64,000 bases of DNA from an uncultured Thermus sp. Its GTDB lineage: Bacteria > Deinococcota > Deinococci > Deinococcales > Thermaceae. Of this stretch, positions 50,566 to 60,322 are shown piece by piece; within the stretch, counting starts at the first letter, position 1; each line of letters starts with the position of its first letter. The stretch is from contig CAMTVD010000004.1 of the NCBI GenBank assembly GCA_947085095.1, positions 32,001-96,000 on the forward strand. The letters are read 5' to 3'. Position numbers and translations under genes: made by a program. The notes below the pieces were generated by a model. That model was not told where the DNA came from, did not search any database, and worked only from the letters and a program-made list of their open reading frames with translations.

Positions 50566-51021
50566 CTAGCGGAAGATCACGCCCACACGGCCGCTAAAGT
50601 CAGGGGCAAAGCTGCGCCAACCAGCCAGGTCCCCAAGTCCCACACCCACGCCCACCTGGGCCTCGGCATAAGCGCTGAAGGGCGCCCCCGGCAAGAGGTA
50701 TTCCATCCCTGCCAGGCCGTGGGGAAAGAGATAGATACCGCTAAAGCCCCCTACAGACCAGAAGCCTGCCCCCACCCCTAAGCCGTAATACCAGGACAGA
50801 TCCACCCCTGGACCGGCCTCCAGCTTGCTTTTCGCCAAAATAAGCCCGACATCCCCCCCAAAACCAAAGCCACTAAGGCCCAATCCCAAGCGCAAACTAG
50901 CCGTTTGGAACTGAAGCCCCAAATACGTGGGCCATCCCGAGTAGACCCCATAGCCCTGAGACTGCGCTAACCCTGAAGAAAAAACACCCACCACCAAAAT
51001 GGCCGCCAACAATCTTTTCAT
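50566..51021 (-). CDS. Small outer-membrane beta-barrel protein
   Basis: RBS GGAGGT; signal MKRLL...GLA-Q; Gly/aromatic amphipathic strands; C-terminal RVGVIFR. Confidence 0.72.
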   Translation of the reverse strand: MKRLLAAILVVGVFSSGLAQSQGYGVYSGWPTYLGLQFQTASLRLGLGLSGFGFGGDVGLILAKSKLEAGPGVDLSWYYGLGVGAGFWSVGGFSGIYLFPHGLAGMEYLLPGAPFSAYAEAQVGVGVGLGDLAGWRSFAPDFSGRVGVIFR

Positions 51022-51055
51022 CTTTACACCTCCAAGCTCAGTATACGCACACACT

Positions 51056-52201
51056 TCAGGTTGTGTAAAGGGCATTGATCCGCACGTACCCCTCCGTGAG
51101 GTCGCACCCCCAGGCCTCGGCACTAAAGGGGCCTTCCCCCAGGTCCACGAAGACCTCCACCTCCTCGGCCCGCATGGCCTGGCTCGCCCCTTCCCGGTCA
51201 AAGGGCAGAACGCCGCCCCGGTAAAGGGGAACCCCCTGGAGGCGGATCTCCACCCTTAGGGGGTCAAAGCGGGCCCCCGAGTTGCCCAAGGCAGCCAGAA
51301 TCCGGCCCCAGTTGGGGTCGTTGCCGTAGAGGGCGCTCTTCCAGAGAGCGCTCCCCGCCACGGCCCTGGCCGCCCGCCTGGCCTCCTCCTCCGTGGCCGC
51401 CCCCTGGACCCGCACGATCATGAGCTTGGTGGCCCCTTCCCCGTCCCGGGCGATCTTGCGGGAAAGCTCCCGGGCCACCCCCTCCACAGCCTCCCAAAAC
51501 GCTTCCAAGGGCACCTCCCCGTAGGCCCCGTTGGCCACGAGGAGGGCCAGGTCGTTGGTGGAGGTGTCCCCGTCCACGGTTACCTGGTTGAAGGTGCGGT
51601 CCACCACCCCCTTCCACCCCGCCCTTAGGGCCTCCTGGGGCACCTTTGCATCCGTGACCAGGAAGGCCAGCATGGTGGCCATGTTGGGGTGGATCATCCC
51701 GCTCCCCTTGGCCACGCCCACGATCCTGGCCCCCGCCACCTCGGCCTCGGCCACCTTGACCACCAGGTCCGTGGTGAGGATGGCCTCGGCGAAGGCCTCG
51801 GCGAAAGGGGTGAGGTCTATCTGGGGCAGAGCAGCCTCCACCTTCTCCACGGGGAGGGGCACGCCAATCACCCCGGTGGAGGCGGTGAGGACCTCCTCCG
51901 GAGAAATCCCGAGCCTTTGGGCGGCAAGTTCCGCCATCCGGGCATCGTCCCTAAAGCCCCGCTCCCCCGTGGCGCAGTTGGCGTTCCCCGCGTTCACCAC
52001 CACCGCCCGCAAGGGACCTCCCCGGGCGTAGAGGGTCCGGCCCCGGTGGATGGAGGGGGCGGCGGCCCGGTTCTGGGTGGCCGCGTAGGCCCAATGGGCG
52101 GGAAGGCCGGAAACGAGAAGGGCCAGGTCGGGTTTGCCCGAGGGCTTGATCCCCGCCCGCACCGCACCCGCACGGAAGCCTCTAGGAAGCCTCACGGCCA
52201 T
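51056..52201 (-). CDS. argJ: Ornithine acetyltransferase/N-acetylglutamate synthase
   Basis: [45 protein letters not shown]. Confidence 0.96.
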   Translation of the reverse strand: MAVRLPRGFRAGAVRAGIKPSGKPDLALLVSGLPAHWAYAATQNRAAAPSIHRGRTLYARGGPLRAVVVNAGNANCATGERGFRDDARMAELAAQRLGISPEEVLTASTGVIGVPLPVEKVEAALPQIDLTPFAEAFAEAILTTDLVVKVAEAEVAGARIVGVAKGSGMIHPNMATMLAFLVTDAKVPQEALRAGWKGVVDRTFNQVTVDGDTSTNDLALLVANGAYGEVPLEAFWEAVEGVARELSRKIARDGEGATKLMIVRVQGAATEEEARRAARAVAGSALWKSALYGNDPNWGRILAALGNSGARFDPLRVEIRLQGVPLYRGGVLPFDREGASQAMRAEEVEVFVDLGEGPFSAEAWGCDLTEGYVRINALYTT

Positions 52202-53238
52202 ATTCCCTCCTTGGGCAAGGCCAGGTCCTCGGGGAGGCCCAGCATCAGGTTCAGGTTCTGCACCGCCTGGCCCGCCATGCCCTTCACCAGGTTGTCCAGG
52301 GCGGCGAAGACCAGGACCCGCCCGGTGCGGGCCTCGTAAAGGGGTTTCAGGTCCACCCGGTTGGCAGCGTAGGTGCCCTTGGTCTCTGGGAGGCCCTCGA
52401 GGAGGCGCACGAAGGGTTCCTCCGCATAGAAATCCCGATAAAGGGCATCCAGCCTCCTCTGGTCCCAATCCCCGGCCACCTCCGCCTCCGCCGTGAGCAG
52501 AATCCCCCGGGTCATGGGGACCAGGTGGGGGGTGAAGCTCAAGAGCAGCTCCGCCTTGGGCCCGTGGGTCTTGGGAGAGCGCCCCTGGGCGAGGAGGCGG
52601 CCCAGGTTCTCTTCCATCTCGGGGATGTGGCGGTGGATGCCCCCCGCCTTGTAGGGCTTCAGGTTCTCGTTCACCTCGGCGAAGAAGGTGCCCTCCCCTT
52701 CCCTCCCCGCCCCCGAAACCCCGCTTAAGCCCACCACAAAGGCCCCCTTCAGGACCCCCGCCGCCGCCAGGGGGGCGAGGGCCAGGGTGGCGGCGGTCAC
52801 GTAGCACCCTGGGTTGGCCACCAGCCTGGCCCCCCGTATCTCCTCCCGGTGGAGCTCCGGTAGGCCGTAGACGGCTTCTTCATAGAGTTCCGGGCTCCTG
52901 TGGGGGATACCGTACCAGGCCTCGTAGACCCCGGGGGGCAGGCGGAAGTCGCCGGAGAGGTCAATGACCCGCCCGCCCTCCTTTAGGACCTGGGGGGCGA
53001 TGCCCATGGCCAGGCCATTGGGCAGGGCCAGGAAGACCACCTCGGCCTTCTCCAGGACCTCTTCCTGGGAGGCGAAGGGAGCCTCGTCCCAAAGCTGGGG
53101 CCAGGCCTCCTCTAGCGGCTTTCCCACGTGCTTGCGGCTGGAAAAGCCCACGAGCTCCACCTCCGGGTGCCCCTTGAGGAGGCGGATGAGCTCCGCCCCC
53201 CCGTAGCCCGAGGCCCCCAGGATGCCCACCCTTACCAC
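52192..53238 (-). CDS. argC: N-acetyl-gamma-glutamyl-phosphate reductase
   Basis: [37 protein letters not shown]. Confidence 0.95.
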   Translation of the reverse strand: MVRVGILGASGYGGAELIRLLKGHPEVELVGFSSRKHVGKPLEEAWPQLWDEAPFASQEEVLEKAEVVFLALPNGLAMGIAPQVLKEGGRVIDLSGDFRLPPGVYEAWYGIPHRSPELYEEAVYGLPELHREEIRGARLVANPGCYVTAATLALAPLAAAGVLKGAFVVGLSGVSGAGREGEGTFFAEVNENLKPYKAGGIHRHIPEMEENLGRLLAQGRSPKTHGPKAELLLSFTPHLVPMTRGILLTAEAEVAGDWDQRRLDALYRDFYAEEPFVRLLEGLPETKGTYAANRVDLKPLYEARTGRVLVFAALDNLVKGMAGQAVQNLNLMLGLPEDLALPKEGIWP

Positions 53239-53750
53239 GGCACCTCCAAGGAGGCCTGGGGAAAGGCCAGAGGGGCCACCTTCTCCCCGGGCTTGACCCA
53301 GATCTGCTCCCGGTAGTGGTCCCCCTCGGGGGTGCGGAAGAGGAGAAGCCGCCCGCCCAGAAGGTCCTGAACCCAGACCTCCGGCACGCCGCCTTGCGCG
53401 TAGAGGGGCAGTTTCTTGGTGAGGTCGTAGTCCAGGCTGGACTCGGCCACCTCGAGGACCAGGTGAACGTCTTCAGGCCCGGGAAGGCGGTGGCTGTAAT
53501 CGCCCGGCTTGAGGAGGAGAAGATCGGGCTCCAAGTAGGTGTCGGGGGGCAAAACCAGGGGACCCTGCACCTGGACGAGAAGGTGGGGAAACGCCTCCTG
53601 CAAAACCCGGTTCCAACGGTTCACGGTGTAGGCGTGGCGAGGACCTATCGGGGCCATCTGGTAGATCTCCCCCTTTAGAAGCTCCACCCCCCGCTCCGGC
53701 AAGGGAAGGCGGAGGAACTCCTCCAGGCTGAAGCGGTAGGGCCGGACCAT
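53232..53750 (-). CDS. Uma2-family PD-(D/E)xK endonuclease
   Basis: ELLKGEI..MAPIGPRH, EPD, LVLEVA, KLPLYAQGGVPEVW. Confidence 0.9.
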   Translation of the reverse strand: MVRPYRFSLEEFLRLPLPERGVELLKGEIYQMAPIGPRHAYTVNRWNRVLQEAFPHLLVQVQGPLVLPPDTYLEPDLLLLKPGDYSHRLPGPEDVHLVLEVAESSLDYDLTKKLPLYAQGGVPEVWVQDLLGGRLLLFRTPEGDHYREQIWVKPGEKVAPLAFPQASLEVPW

Positions 53751-53754
53751 ACCC

Positions 53755-54660
53755 CTAGCTTAGCAGGGTGAGGAGGACGGCCTTGGCGGTGTGGAGGCGG
53801 TTTTCCGCCTGGTCAAAGACCCGGCTCCGCCTCCCGTGCACGGCCTCCTCCGTGGTCTCCTCCCCGTAGTGGGCGGGCAGGCAGTGGAGGAAGACCCCAT
53901 CAGGGTGGAGAAGGTCCAAAAGGGTGCCGTTCACCTGGAAGCCCTGGAAGTCCTTCAGGCGCTTTTCCCGCTCCGCCTCCTGGCCCATGCTGGTCCAGAC
54001 ATCGGTGTAGAGGGCGTGGGCCCCGAAGGCGGCCTCCTTGGGGTCGTGGGTGAGGAGGGCTCCGGCCCTTTCCAAAAGCCGGGCCTCGGGCTCGTAGCCC
54101 CTGGGGGTGGCCACCCGCACCCTTAGGCCCACCAGGGGGGCCACCTCCAGGAGGGAGGCCAGGACGTTGTTGCCGTCCCCCACCCAGGCCACCTCGAGGC
54201 CCTCCAGCCTCCCGAAAACCTCCTTCAGGGTGAGGAGGTCGGCCAGGGCCTGCAGGGGGTGGGCCTGGTCGGAAAGGGCGTTGATGACGGGAACATGGGC
54301 GTGACGGGCGAGTTCCTCCACCGTGCGGTGCAGGTAGACCCGGGCGGCGATCCCCTCCACGAAGCGCTCCAGGTTCTTGGCGATGTCCCTGACGGGCTCC
54401 CTTTCCCCGATCCCCACCTGCTTCTGGTCCAGGTAAACGGCGTGCCCCCCCAGGTGGAGCATGGCCACCTCGAGGGTGGTCCGGGTGCGCAGGGAGGGCT
54501 TTTCAAAGAGGAGGGCCAGGGTCTTGCCCCTTAGGTCCTCCCCCCGGTAGCGCTCCCGCTTCAACCGCTCCGCCAGGTCCAGGAGGCGCTTCAGGGCCCC
54601 CTTGGTGTAGCCGGAAAAGTCCAAAAGGTCCTTGGGCAGGGTCAGGGCATCTCCCCCCAT
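53755..54660 (-). CDS. argF: Ornithine carbamoyltransferase
   Basis: SLRT, HPLQ, GDGNNV, DVWTSMG, HCLP. Confidence 0.96.
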   Translation of the reverse strand: MGGDALTLPKDLLDFSGYTKGALKRLLDLAERLKRERYRGEDLRGKTLALLFEKPSLRTRTTLEVAMLHLGGHAVYLDQKQVGIGEREPVRDIAKNLERFVEGIAARVYLHRTVEELARHAHVPVINALSDQAHPLQALADLLTLKEVFGRLEGLEVAWVGDGNNVLASLLEVAPLVGLRVRVATPRGYEPEARLLERAGALLTHDPKEAAFGAHALYTDVWTSMGQEAEREKRLKDFQGFQVNGTLLDLLHPDGVFLHCLPAHYGEETTEEAVHGRRSRVFDQAENRLHTAKAVLLTLLS

Positions 54661-54683
54661 GAGGCCTATAGGATAACCGATGC

Positions 54684-54699
54684 TTGCAAACTTATGCAA
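54684..54699. promoter_or_regulatory. ARG box (ArgR operator) overlapping the argF promoter
   Basis: Minus strand TTGCATAAGTTTGCAA palindrome covering -35-like TTGCAT; TATCCT 18 nt downstream. Confidence 0.7.
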
Positions 54700-54702
54700 C
54701 CC

Positions 54703-55386
54703 CTAGGCCCGGGCCCAGGGCACGTACAGGAGGGGGAGGTGGCTTACGAAAGGTTCTGCGTAGTCCACCCCCAGGTAGTTCCCCCAGTAGCGCCGCATGG
54801 CCTTGCGGGCCTCCACCCCTTTAGGCCCCACGGTCTCGCTCACGGCCTCCCCGGAAAACTGGCTCCTGTAGGCCAGAACCGCCTGCTCCCACTGGTCTAT
54901 GAAGGCGGAGATCTTCACCAGGAAGCTGGGGGTGAAGGGGTGGTTGCCGGGGTAGAAGAAAAGCCTTTCCACCCGGTGGGGCCTCCCCTCCAGGGGGGCC
55001 TTGGCAAGGGCCGCTAGGTGCACCGCGGCCACGGCGAGGCGGCCTGCGGCGGTGTGGTCGGGGTGGCGGTCGGCCTCGAGGGGAGCCAGGAGAATCCTGG
55101 GCCTAAGCCGGCGCAGGGCCTCGGCCACCTTCAGGCGCTGCTCGGCCACGTCGGCCAAGCCCCCATCGGGAAGGTTCAGGTTGCCCCGGAAGTCCAGGCC
55201 CAGGATGCGGCTCGCCGCCTCCACCTCCTTAGCCCTCTCCTCCGGAGTGCCCTTGGAGCCCATCTCCCCCCGGGTGAGGTCCAGAATCCCCGTGGAAAGC
55301 CCCTCCGCCTTGGCCCGGGCCAGCGTCCCCCCGCACCCCAGCTCCCCGTCGTCGGGGTGGGGGGCCATCACCAAGAGATCAAGCAT
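54703..55386 (-). CDS. bshB1: Bacillithiol biosynthesis deacetylase BshB1 (PIG-L family)
   Basis: PHPDDGELGCGG, DRHPDH, YRSQF, YAEPF. Confidence 0.88.
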   Translation of the reverse strand: MLDLLVMAPHPDDGELGCGGTLARAKAEGLSTGILDLTRGEMGSKGTPEERAKEVEAASRILGLDFRGNLNLPDGGLADVAEQRLKVAEALRRLRPRILLAPLEADRHPDHTAAGRLAVAAVHLAALAKAPLEGRPHRVERLFFYPGNHPFTPSFLVKISAFIDQWEQAVLAYRSQFSGEAVSETVGPKGVEARKAMRRYWGNYLGVDYAEPFVSHLPLLYVPWARA

Positions 55387-55984
55387 CCTTCACCTCCACC
55401 CGCTCCCCAAGCCGCCTCTCGGTGCCCTCCCAAAGCCGCTTCAGATTCTCCCGGTGGGTCCAGAAGATGAGGGCCGCCATGAGGAAGACCGTGGCCACCT
55501 CCCAAGGGGGCCGCCCCAGGGCCAGGGCCAAGACCGTGGCCGCCACGCTCCCAGCCATGCTCCCCGCGGACACGTAGCGGGTGATGAGCATCACGCTGAC
55601 CCCTACGGGTAAGGTCCATAAGGACAGGACCGGGTCCAGGAAGAGGAGGGTGCCGAAGCTGGTGGCTACCCCCTTCCCCCCTTTAAAGCCCAGGAAGAGC
55701 GAGTAGTTGTGGCCCAGGATCGCCGCCAGGGCCACGCCCCCCAAAAGCCAGTCCTCGAGGCCCGACGCCCGGGCGATGAGGACGGCGATACCCCCCTTGA
55801 ACACGTCAAAGAAGGCCACCACCAAGGCCGGCCCCACTCCCAGGGCCCGGAGGACATTGGTGGCCCCGATGTTGCCGGAGCCCACCTTGCGGATGTCCAC
55901 ACCGTAGGTCCTGGCCACCAAGACCCCGGCGGGGACGGAGCCGAAGAGGTAGGCGAGGAGGAGAACAAGGAGCACCTCGGTCAT
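55379..55984 (-). CDS. plsY: Glycerol-3-phosphate acyltransferase PlsY
   Basis: GSGNIGATNVLR, DVFKG, FKGGKGVAT, HRENLKRL. Confidence 0.96.
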   Translation of the reverse strand: MTEVLLVLLLAYLFGSVPAGVLVARTYGVDIRKVGSGNIGATNVLRALGVGPALVVAFFDVFKGGIAVLIARASGLEDWLLGGVALAAILGHNYSLFLGFKGGKGVATSFGTLLFLDPVLSLWTLPVGVSVMLITRYVSAGSMAGSVAATVLALALGRPPWEVATVFLMAALIFWTHRENLKRLWEGTERRLGERVEVKDA

Positions 55985-56002
55985 GGGAGGGTATTTTACG
56001 CC

Positions 56003-56779
56003 CTAGCTGCTGGCCGAGGTGTAGCTCCTCAAGGCCAGGCGGAAGAAGCCCCGGGCCAGGAGGAAAAGAAGGAGGGCGAGCCCCCCGGCGAGGAGGAAAG
56101 AGACTTCTCCCCTCCTCAGGGCCACCTCGGCGGGCACGGTGGTGAGGAAGGCCACGGGCACCACGAAGGTGAAGAAGACCCGGTAGAGGGCGGGGTAGGC
56201 CCCCACGGGGAACCGCCCCGCCTCCAGAAGCCCCCTCAGGACCTCGGTGACGTTGTAGATCTTCACGAACCAGATGCTAGTGGTGGCCAGGAGGAACCAG
56301 AGGCCGTAGAGGATCACCGCCCCGAGGAGGAAGTAGAGCCCAAAAAGGGCATAGTCCAAAGGGGAAAGCCCCAGGCGAAGCCCCGCGTAGAGGAGGAGGC
56401 CAAGGCCCAGGAAAAAGTCCCCCAGGCCCCAGGGGGAGAAGGTGCGCAAAGAGAGCCAGAACTGGGGGTCCAGGGGCTTTAGGAGGACGAAGTCTAGGGT
56501 GCCCTGCTGCACGTGCTCCACGATCCTGTTGAGGTTAGGGGCCAAAAGGGTGGAGGCCAGGCCCTGGAGAAGCGTGAAGGCGGCGAGGACCAGAAGGGCC
56601 TCCTCCCAGGCCCAGCCCCCCGGCCGGTACCCGCCCTGGTAGAGGAGGAAAAGGCCAAAAAGGGCCCCGAGCAGGGTCAGAAAGGAGGAGAGGAGGCCCA
56701 GGAGGAAGTTCCCCCTATACTCCATCTCCGCCGCCAGGCTGGTGAGGAGAAAGAGGCGGAAGACCCTAAGGTAGCGCAC
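56003..56779 (-). CDS. ABC-2 family (DUF990-type) permease
   Basis: MEYRGNF, GTLDFVLLKP, VPVAF...PA, YTSASS; GTG 6 nt after TACCCT. Confidence 0.87.
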   Translation of the reverse strand: MRYLRVFRLFLLTSLAAEMEYRGNFLLGLLSSFLTLLGALFGLFLLYQGGYRPGGWAWEEALLVLAAFTLLQGLASTLLAPNLNRIVEHVQQGTLDFVLLKPLDPQFWLSLRTFSPWGLGDFFLGLGLLLYAGLRLGLSPLDYALFGLYFLLGAVILYGLWFLLATTSIWFVKIYNVTEVLRGLLEAGRFPVGAYPALYRVFFTFVVPVAFLTTVPAEVALRRGEVSFLLAGGLALLLFLLARGFFRLALRSYTSASS

Positions 56780-56785
56780 CTTTCC

Positions 56786-56795
56786 AGGGTAGACT
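56786..56795. promoter_or_regulatory. Bidirectional overlapping -10 elements AGGGTAGACT
   Basis: TACCCT (minus, 56791-86) 6 nt before GTG 56779; TAGACT (plus, 56790-95) 7 nt before ATG 56803. Confidence 0.65.
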
Positions 56796-56802
56796 TGGAG
56801 GC

Positions 56803-57801
56803 ATGGCAGGCGCAAGCCCCATCGTGCTAGCGGAGGACCTCACCCGGCACTACCGGGTAGCCAGGAAGGAAGAGACCCTTCTTGGCACCCTGCGCCACTT
56901 CTTCCGCCGCCAGTACCACACCATCCGGGCGGTGGAAGGGGTTTCCTTTCGGATAGATCCCGGGGAGGTGGTGGGCTTCCTGGGTCCCAACGGGGCGGGC
57001 AAGACCACCACCTTGAAGATGCTCACCGGCCTGGTCCACCCCACCCGAGGGAAGGCCCTGGTGGCGGGACACGTGCCCCAGAGGCGGGAAAAGGCCTTCC
57101 TGAAGAAGATCACCCTGGTCATGGGCAACAAGCAGCAGCTCATCTGGGACCTTCCCGCCATGGACGCCTTCCGCCTGAACGCGGCCATCTACGAGGTTCC
57201 CGAGAGAGAGTTCCGAAGGCGGGTGGGGGAGCTTTCCGAGATGCTGGGGATTTTGGACAAGCTCCACCAACCTGTGCGCAAGCTCTCCCTGGGGGAGAGG
57301 ATGAAGGCGGAGCTTCTGGCCGCCCTCCTCCATCGGCCAGAGGTGCTCTTCCTGGACGAGCCCACCCTGGGCCTGGACGTGAACGCCCAGGTGGCGGTGC
57401 GGGAGTTCATCCGGGAGTACAACCGCCGCTATGGGGCCACAGTCCTCCTCACCAGCCACTACATGGCGGACATCAGCGCCCTATGCCAGAGGGTCCTGGT
57501 GATCCACCAGGGGAGGCTCCTCTATGACGGGGCCTTGGAGGGCCTCCTGGACCGCTTCGCCCCCTACCGGGAGGTGGGGCTGGTCCTGCAAACCCCCCTT
57601 CCCAGGGAGGCCCTCCTCCCCTTCGGGGAGGTGCGGGAGCTGGAAGGGCGGGAGGCGCGAATCCTCGTGCCCCGGGAGAGGCTCACGGAGCGGGTGGCGG
57701 AGATCCTGAGGAGGCTTCCCGTGGAGGACCTCGAGGTCCGGGACCCCCCTCTGGAGGAGGTCATCGCCCGGGTGTTCCGAAGCCCGCAGGAGGTCCTGTG
57801 A
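56803..57801 (+). CDS. ABC transporter ATP-binding protein
   Basis: GPNGAGKTT, LSLGERM, FLDEPT, SHY. Confidence 0.95.
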   Translation: MAGASPIVLAEDLTRHYRVARKEETLLGTLRHFFRRQYHTIRAVEGVSFRIDPGEVVGFLGPNGAGKTTTLKMLTGLVHPTRGKALVAGHVPQRREKAFLKKITLVMGNKQQLIWDLPAMDAFRLNAAIYEVPEREFRRRVGELSEMLGILDKLHQPVRKLSLGERMKAELLAALLHRPEVLFLDEPTLGLDVNAQVAVREFIREYNRRYGATVLLTSHYMADISALCQRVLVIHQGRLLYDGALEGLLDRFAPYREVGLVLQTPLPREALLPFGEVRELEGREARILVPRERLTERVAEILRRLPVEDLEVRDPPLEEVIARVFRSPQEVL

Positions 57802-58574
57802 GGAAGGCCAGGGCCCTCCTCTCCGTCTACCTGGCCTACATGCTGGAGTACCGGGCGGAGCTCTTTTTGTGGGCCCTGGCGGGGCTTCTTCCCCTCATCC
57901 TCCTGGGGGTATGGGTGGAGGCGGCCCGAGGGGGGGAGTTCCCCTTGAACGCCGGGGAGTTCGCCCGCTACTTCCTCATGGTCTTCCTGGTGCGCCAGGC
58001 CACGGTGGTCTGGGTAGTGTGGGAGTTTGAAAGGGACGTGGTGGAGGGCCGCCTCTCCTTCCGCCTCCTCCGCCCCCTGGACCCCTATTTTGAGCACCTT
58101 TCCGCCCACGTGGCCGAGAGGCTGGCAAGGCTTCCCTTCGTGGTCCTCCTCACCCTCCTCTTCTTCTACCTCTTTCCCGAGGCCCGCTTTGTCCCCGAAC
58201 CGGGCCCTTTCCTTCTGGGCCTTCTCCTCACCCTCCTGGCCTTCCTGCTTCGCTACACCATGCAGTACGCCACCGCCATGCTCACCTTCTGGACGGAAAG
58301 GGCTTCCAGCGTGGAGGAGGTCTTCTTCCTCCTCTACCTCTTCCTCTCCGGTACCATCGCCCCCCTCGAGGTCTTCCCCGAGCCCCTAAGGGAGCTCGCC
58401 TTCCTCACCCCCTTCCCCTACCTGGTCTACCTGCCCGCCGCCCTCCTTGCGGGGCAGGAGGTGGCCCTTTTCCCGGGGCTTTGGATCATGCTCTTCTGGG
58501 GTGTGGCCTTCCTCCTCCTGGCCCGCCTCCTCTTCTGGCTTGGCCTTAAGCGCTACTCGGGCCACGGAGCATAA
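57798..58574 (+). CDS. ABC-2 family (DUF990-type) permease
   Basis: LEYRAE, GRLSFRLLRP, SGTIAPL, TPFPY...YSGHGA. Confidence 0.88.
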   Translation: MRKARALLSVYLAYMLEYRAELFLWALAGLLPLILLGVWVEAARGGEFPLNAGEFARYFLMVFLVRQATVVWVVWEFERDVVEGRLSFRLLRPLDPYFEHLSAHVAERLARLPFVVLLTLLFFYLFPEARFVPEPGPFLLGLLLTLLAFLLRYTMQYATAMLTFWTERASSVEEVFFLLYLFLSGTIAPLEVFPEPLRELAFLTPFPYLVYLPAALLAGQEVALFPGLWIMLFWGVAFLLLARLLFWLGLKRYSGHGA

Positions 58575-58581
58575 TGGGGGT

Positions 58582-58767
58582 ATGGCCACCCGCTACCGCT
58601 TCCGGGTAGAGGAGTTTGAAAAAGCCTTCCAGGGGGTGCCCCACGTGGAGCTCCTGGAAGTCCACCGGGACCCCCGGGGCGGCCGCTACCGGGAGATCCG
58701 GCTCCTCTCCCCTGAGGAGGAGGTAAGCCCCGCCCTCTTCCCCGAGGTCAGGCTCCCCTGGGCGTAG
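58582..58767 (+). pseudogene. Internally deleted Uma2-family gene (61 aa)
   Basis: MATRYRFRVEEF...VELL fused directly to EVHRDPRGGRYRE...ALFPEVRLPW; parallels both ends of 53232-53750 but lacks the PD-ExK core. Confidence 0.78.
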
Positions 58768-60322
58768 CCACGGGGTAGAGCAGGGCGTAGGCGTAGCCGT
58801 CGGTGAGGGCCTTGAGGGAGGCCTCGAGGATGTTCTCGCTGGCCCCCACGGTGCTGAAGCGCTCCCCACCCCGCTTCATCTCCACCATCACCCGCACGCC
58901 GCTATTGGTCCCCGCCTCCTGCCCCGAGAGGATGCGCACCTTGTAATCGGTGAGCTCCACATCGGCAAGCTCCGGGTAGAACCCCAAGACCGCCTTGCGG
59001 AAGGCCCGGTCTAGGGCGGAAACGGGGCCAAAGGGGCTCTCAGAGGCGGTGTGTTGCAGGCTATCCCCCACCCTAACCCGCACCGTGGCCTCGGCCCAGG
59101 CGGTGGCGAGGCCCGTACCGTGCACGAAGACGGAAAACCCTTCCACCTGGAAGGGGAGGCCTCCCCCCTTCAGGCGGTGGGCCAGGAGGTAGAAGCTGGC
59201 CTCCGCCCCCTCAAAGGCGTAGCCTTCGTACTCCAGGGCCTTGACCTCGTCCAGAAGGCGCTTGGCCTCCTCCTTGGAGAGGTCCACCCCCAGCTCCTGG
59301 AGCTTGGCCAGGAGGTTGGAGCGGCCCGAGACGTCGGAAACCAGGAAGCGCCGCCCGTTCCCCACCCACTCCGGGGGCAGGTGCTCGTAGGTGCGGGGGT
59401 TTTTCAGGACGGCGGAGACGTGCACCCCCGCCTTGTGGGCGAAGGCCGCCTCCCCCACGTAGGGGGCGCGGCGGTTGGGGGTGAGGTTGGCCCGCTCGTC
59501 CACGAAGTGGGCGAGCTCCTTGAGGCCCCTAAGCCTTTCTGGGGGGATGGCGGGAACCTTGTACTTGAAGACCAGGGTGGGGAGAAAGCTCGTGAGGTTC
59601 AGGTTGCCGCACCGCTCCCCGTAGCCGTTGATGGTGCCCTGGACGTGGGTGGCCCCGGCCCGCACCGCCGCCAGGGCGTTGGCCACCGCCAGATCGGCGT
59701 CGTTGTGGGGATGGATGCCGATTCGCACCCCGGGAAACCGCTCCACCACCCCCTTGGTGATGGCGTAGACCTCCTCGGGAAGGCTTCCCCCGTTGGTGTC
59801 GCAGAGGACCAGGGTGTCGGCCCCGCCCTCCAGGGCGGCCTCGAGGGTGGCGAGGGCGTAGGCAGGGTCCTCCTTGTACCCGTCAAAGAAGTGCTCCGCA
59901 TCGTAGATCACCCGCTTTCCCCGCCCTCGGAAGAAGGCCACGGTGTCCTGGATCATGCGGAGGTTCTCCTCCAAGGAGGTCTCCAGGGCCTCCAGCACGT
60001 GCAGGGTCCAGCTCTTGCCGAAGAGGACCACCACCGGGGTCTCCGCCTCCAGAAGGGCCAGGACCGAGGGGTCCTCCTCAGGGAGAAGCCCTTTCCGCCG
60101 GGTGGCCCCAAAGGCGCAAAGCCTCGCCTCCCCCAGGTCCACCCCCTTCATCCGGGAGAAGAACTCGGCGTCCTTGGGGTTGGAGCCGGGCCAGCCCCCC
60201 TCAATGAGGTGGATGCCAAAGGCGGCCAGGCGCCTACCGATGGCCACCTTGTCCTCCACGGAGAGGCTTACCCCCTCCCCTTGCGTGCCGTCCCGCAGGG
60301 TGGTGTCCAGGATCTCTACCAT
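58748..60322 (-). CDS. cimA: Citramalate synthase
   Basis: DTTLRDGTQGEG, EGGWPGSNPKD, YDAEHFFDG, HPHND, GYGERCGN, AHKAGVH. Confidence 0.9.
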   Translation of the reverse strand: MVEILDTTLRDGTQGEGVSLSVEDKVAIGRRLAAFGIHLIEGGWPGSNPKDAEFFSRMKGVDLGEARLCAFGATRRKGLLPEEDPSVLALLEAETPVVVLFGKSWTLHVLEALETSLEENLRMIQDTVAFFRGRGKRVIYDAEHFFDGYKEDPAYALATLEAALEGGADTLVLCDTNGGSLPEEVYAITKGVVERFPGVRIGIHPHNDADLAVANALAAVRAGATHVQGTINGYGERCGNLNLTSFLPTLVFKYKVPAIPPERLRGLKELAHFVDERANLTPNRRAPYVGEAAFAHKAGVHVSAVLKNPRTYEHLPPEWVGNGRRFLVSDVSGRSNLLAKLQELGVDLSKEEAKRLLDEVKALEYEGYAFEGAEASFYLLAHRLKGGGLPFQVEGFSVFVHGTGLATAWAEATVRVRVGDSLQHTASESPFGPVSALDRAFRKAVLGFYPELADVELTDYKVRILSGQEAGTNSGVRVMVEMKRGGERFSTVGASENILEASLKALTDGYAYALLYPVATPRGA

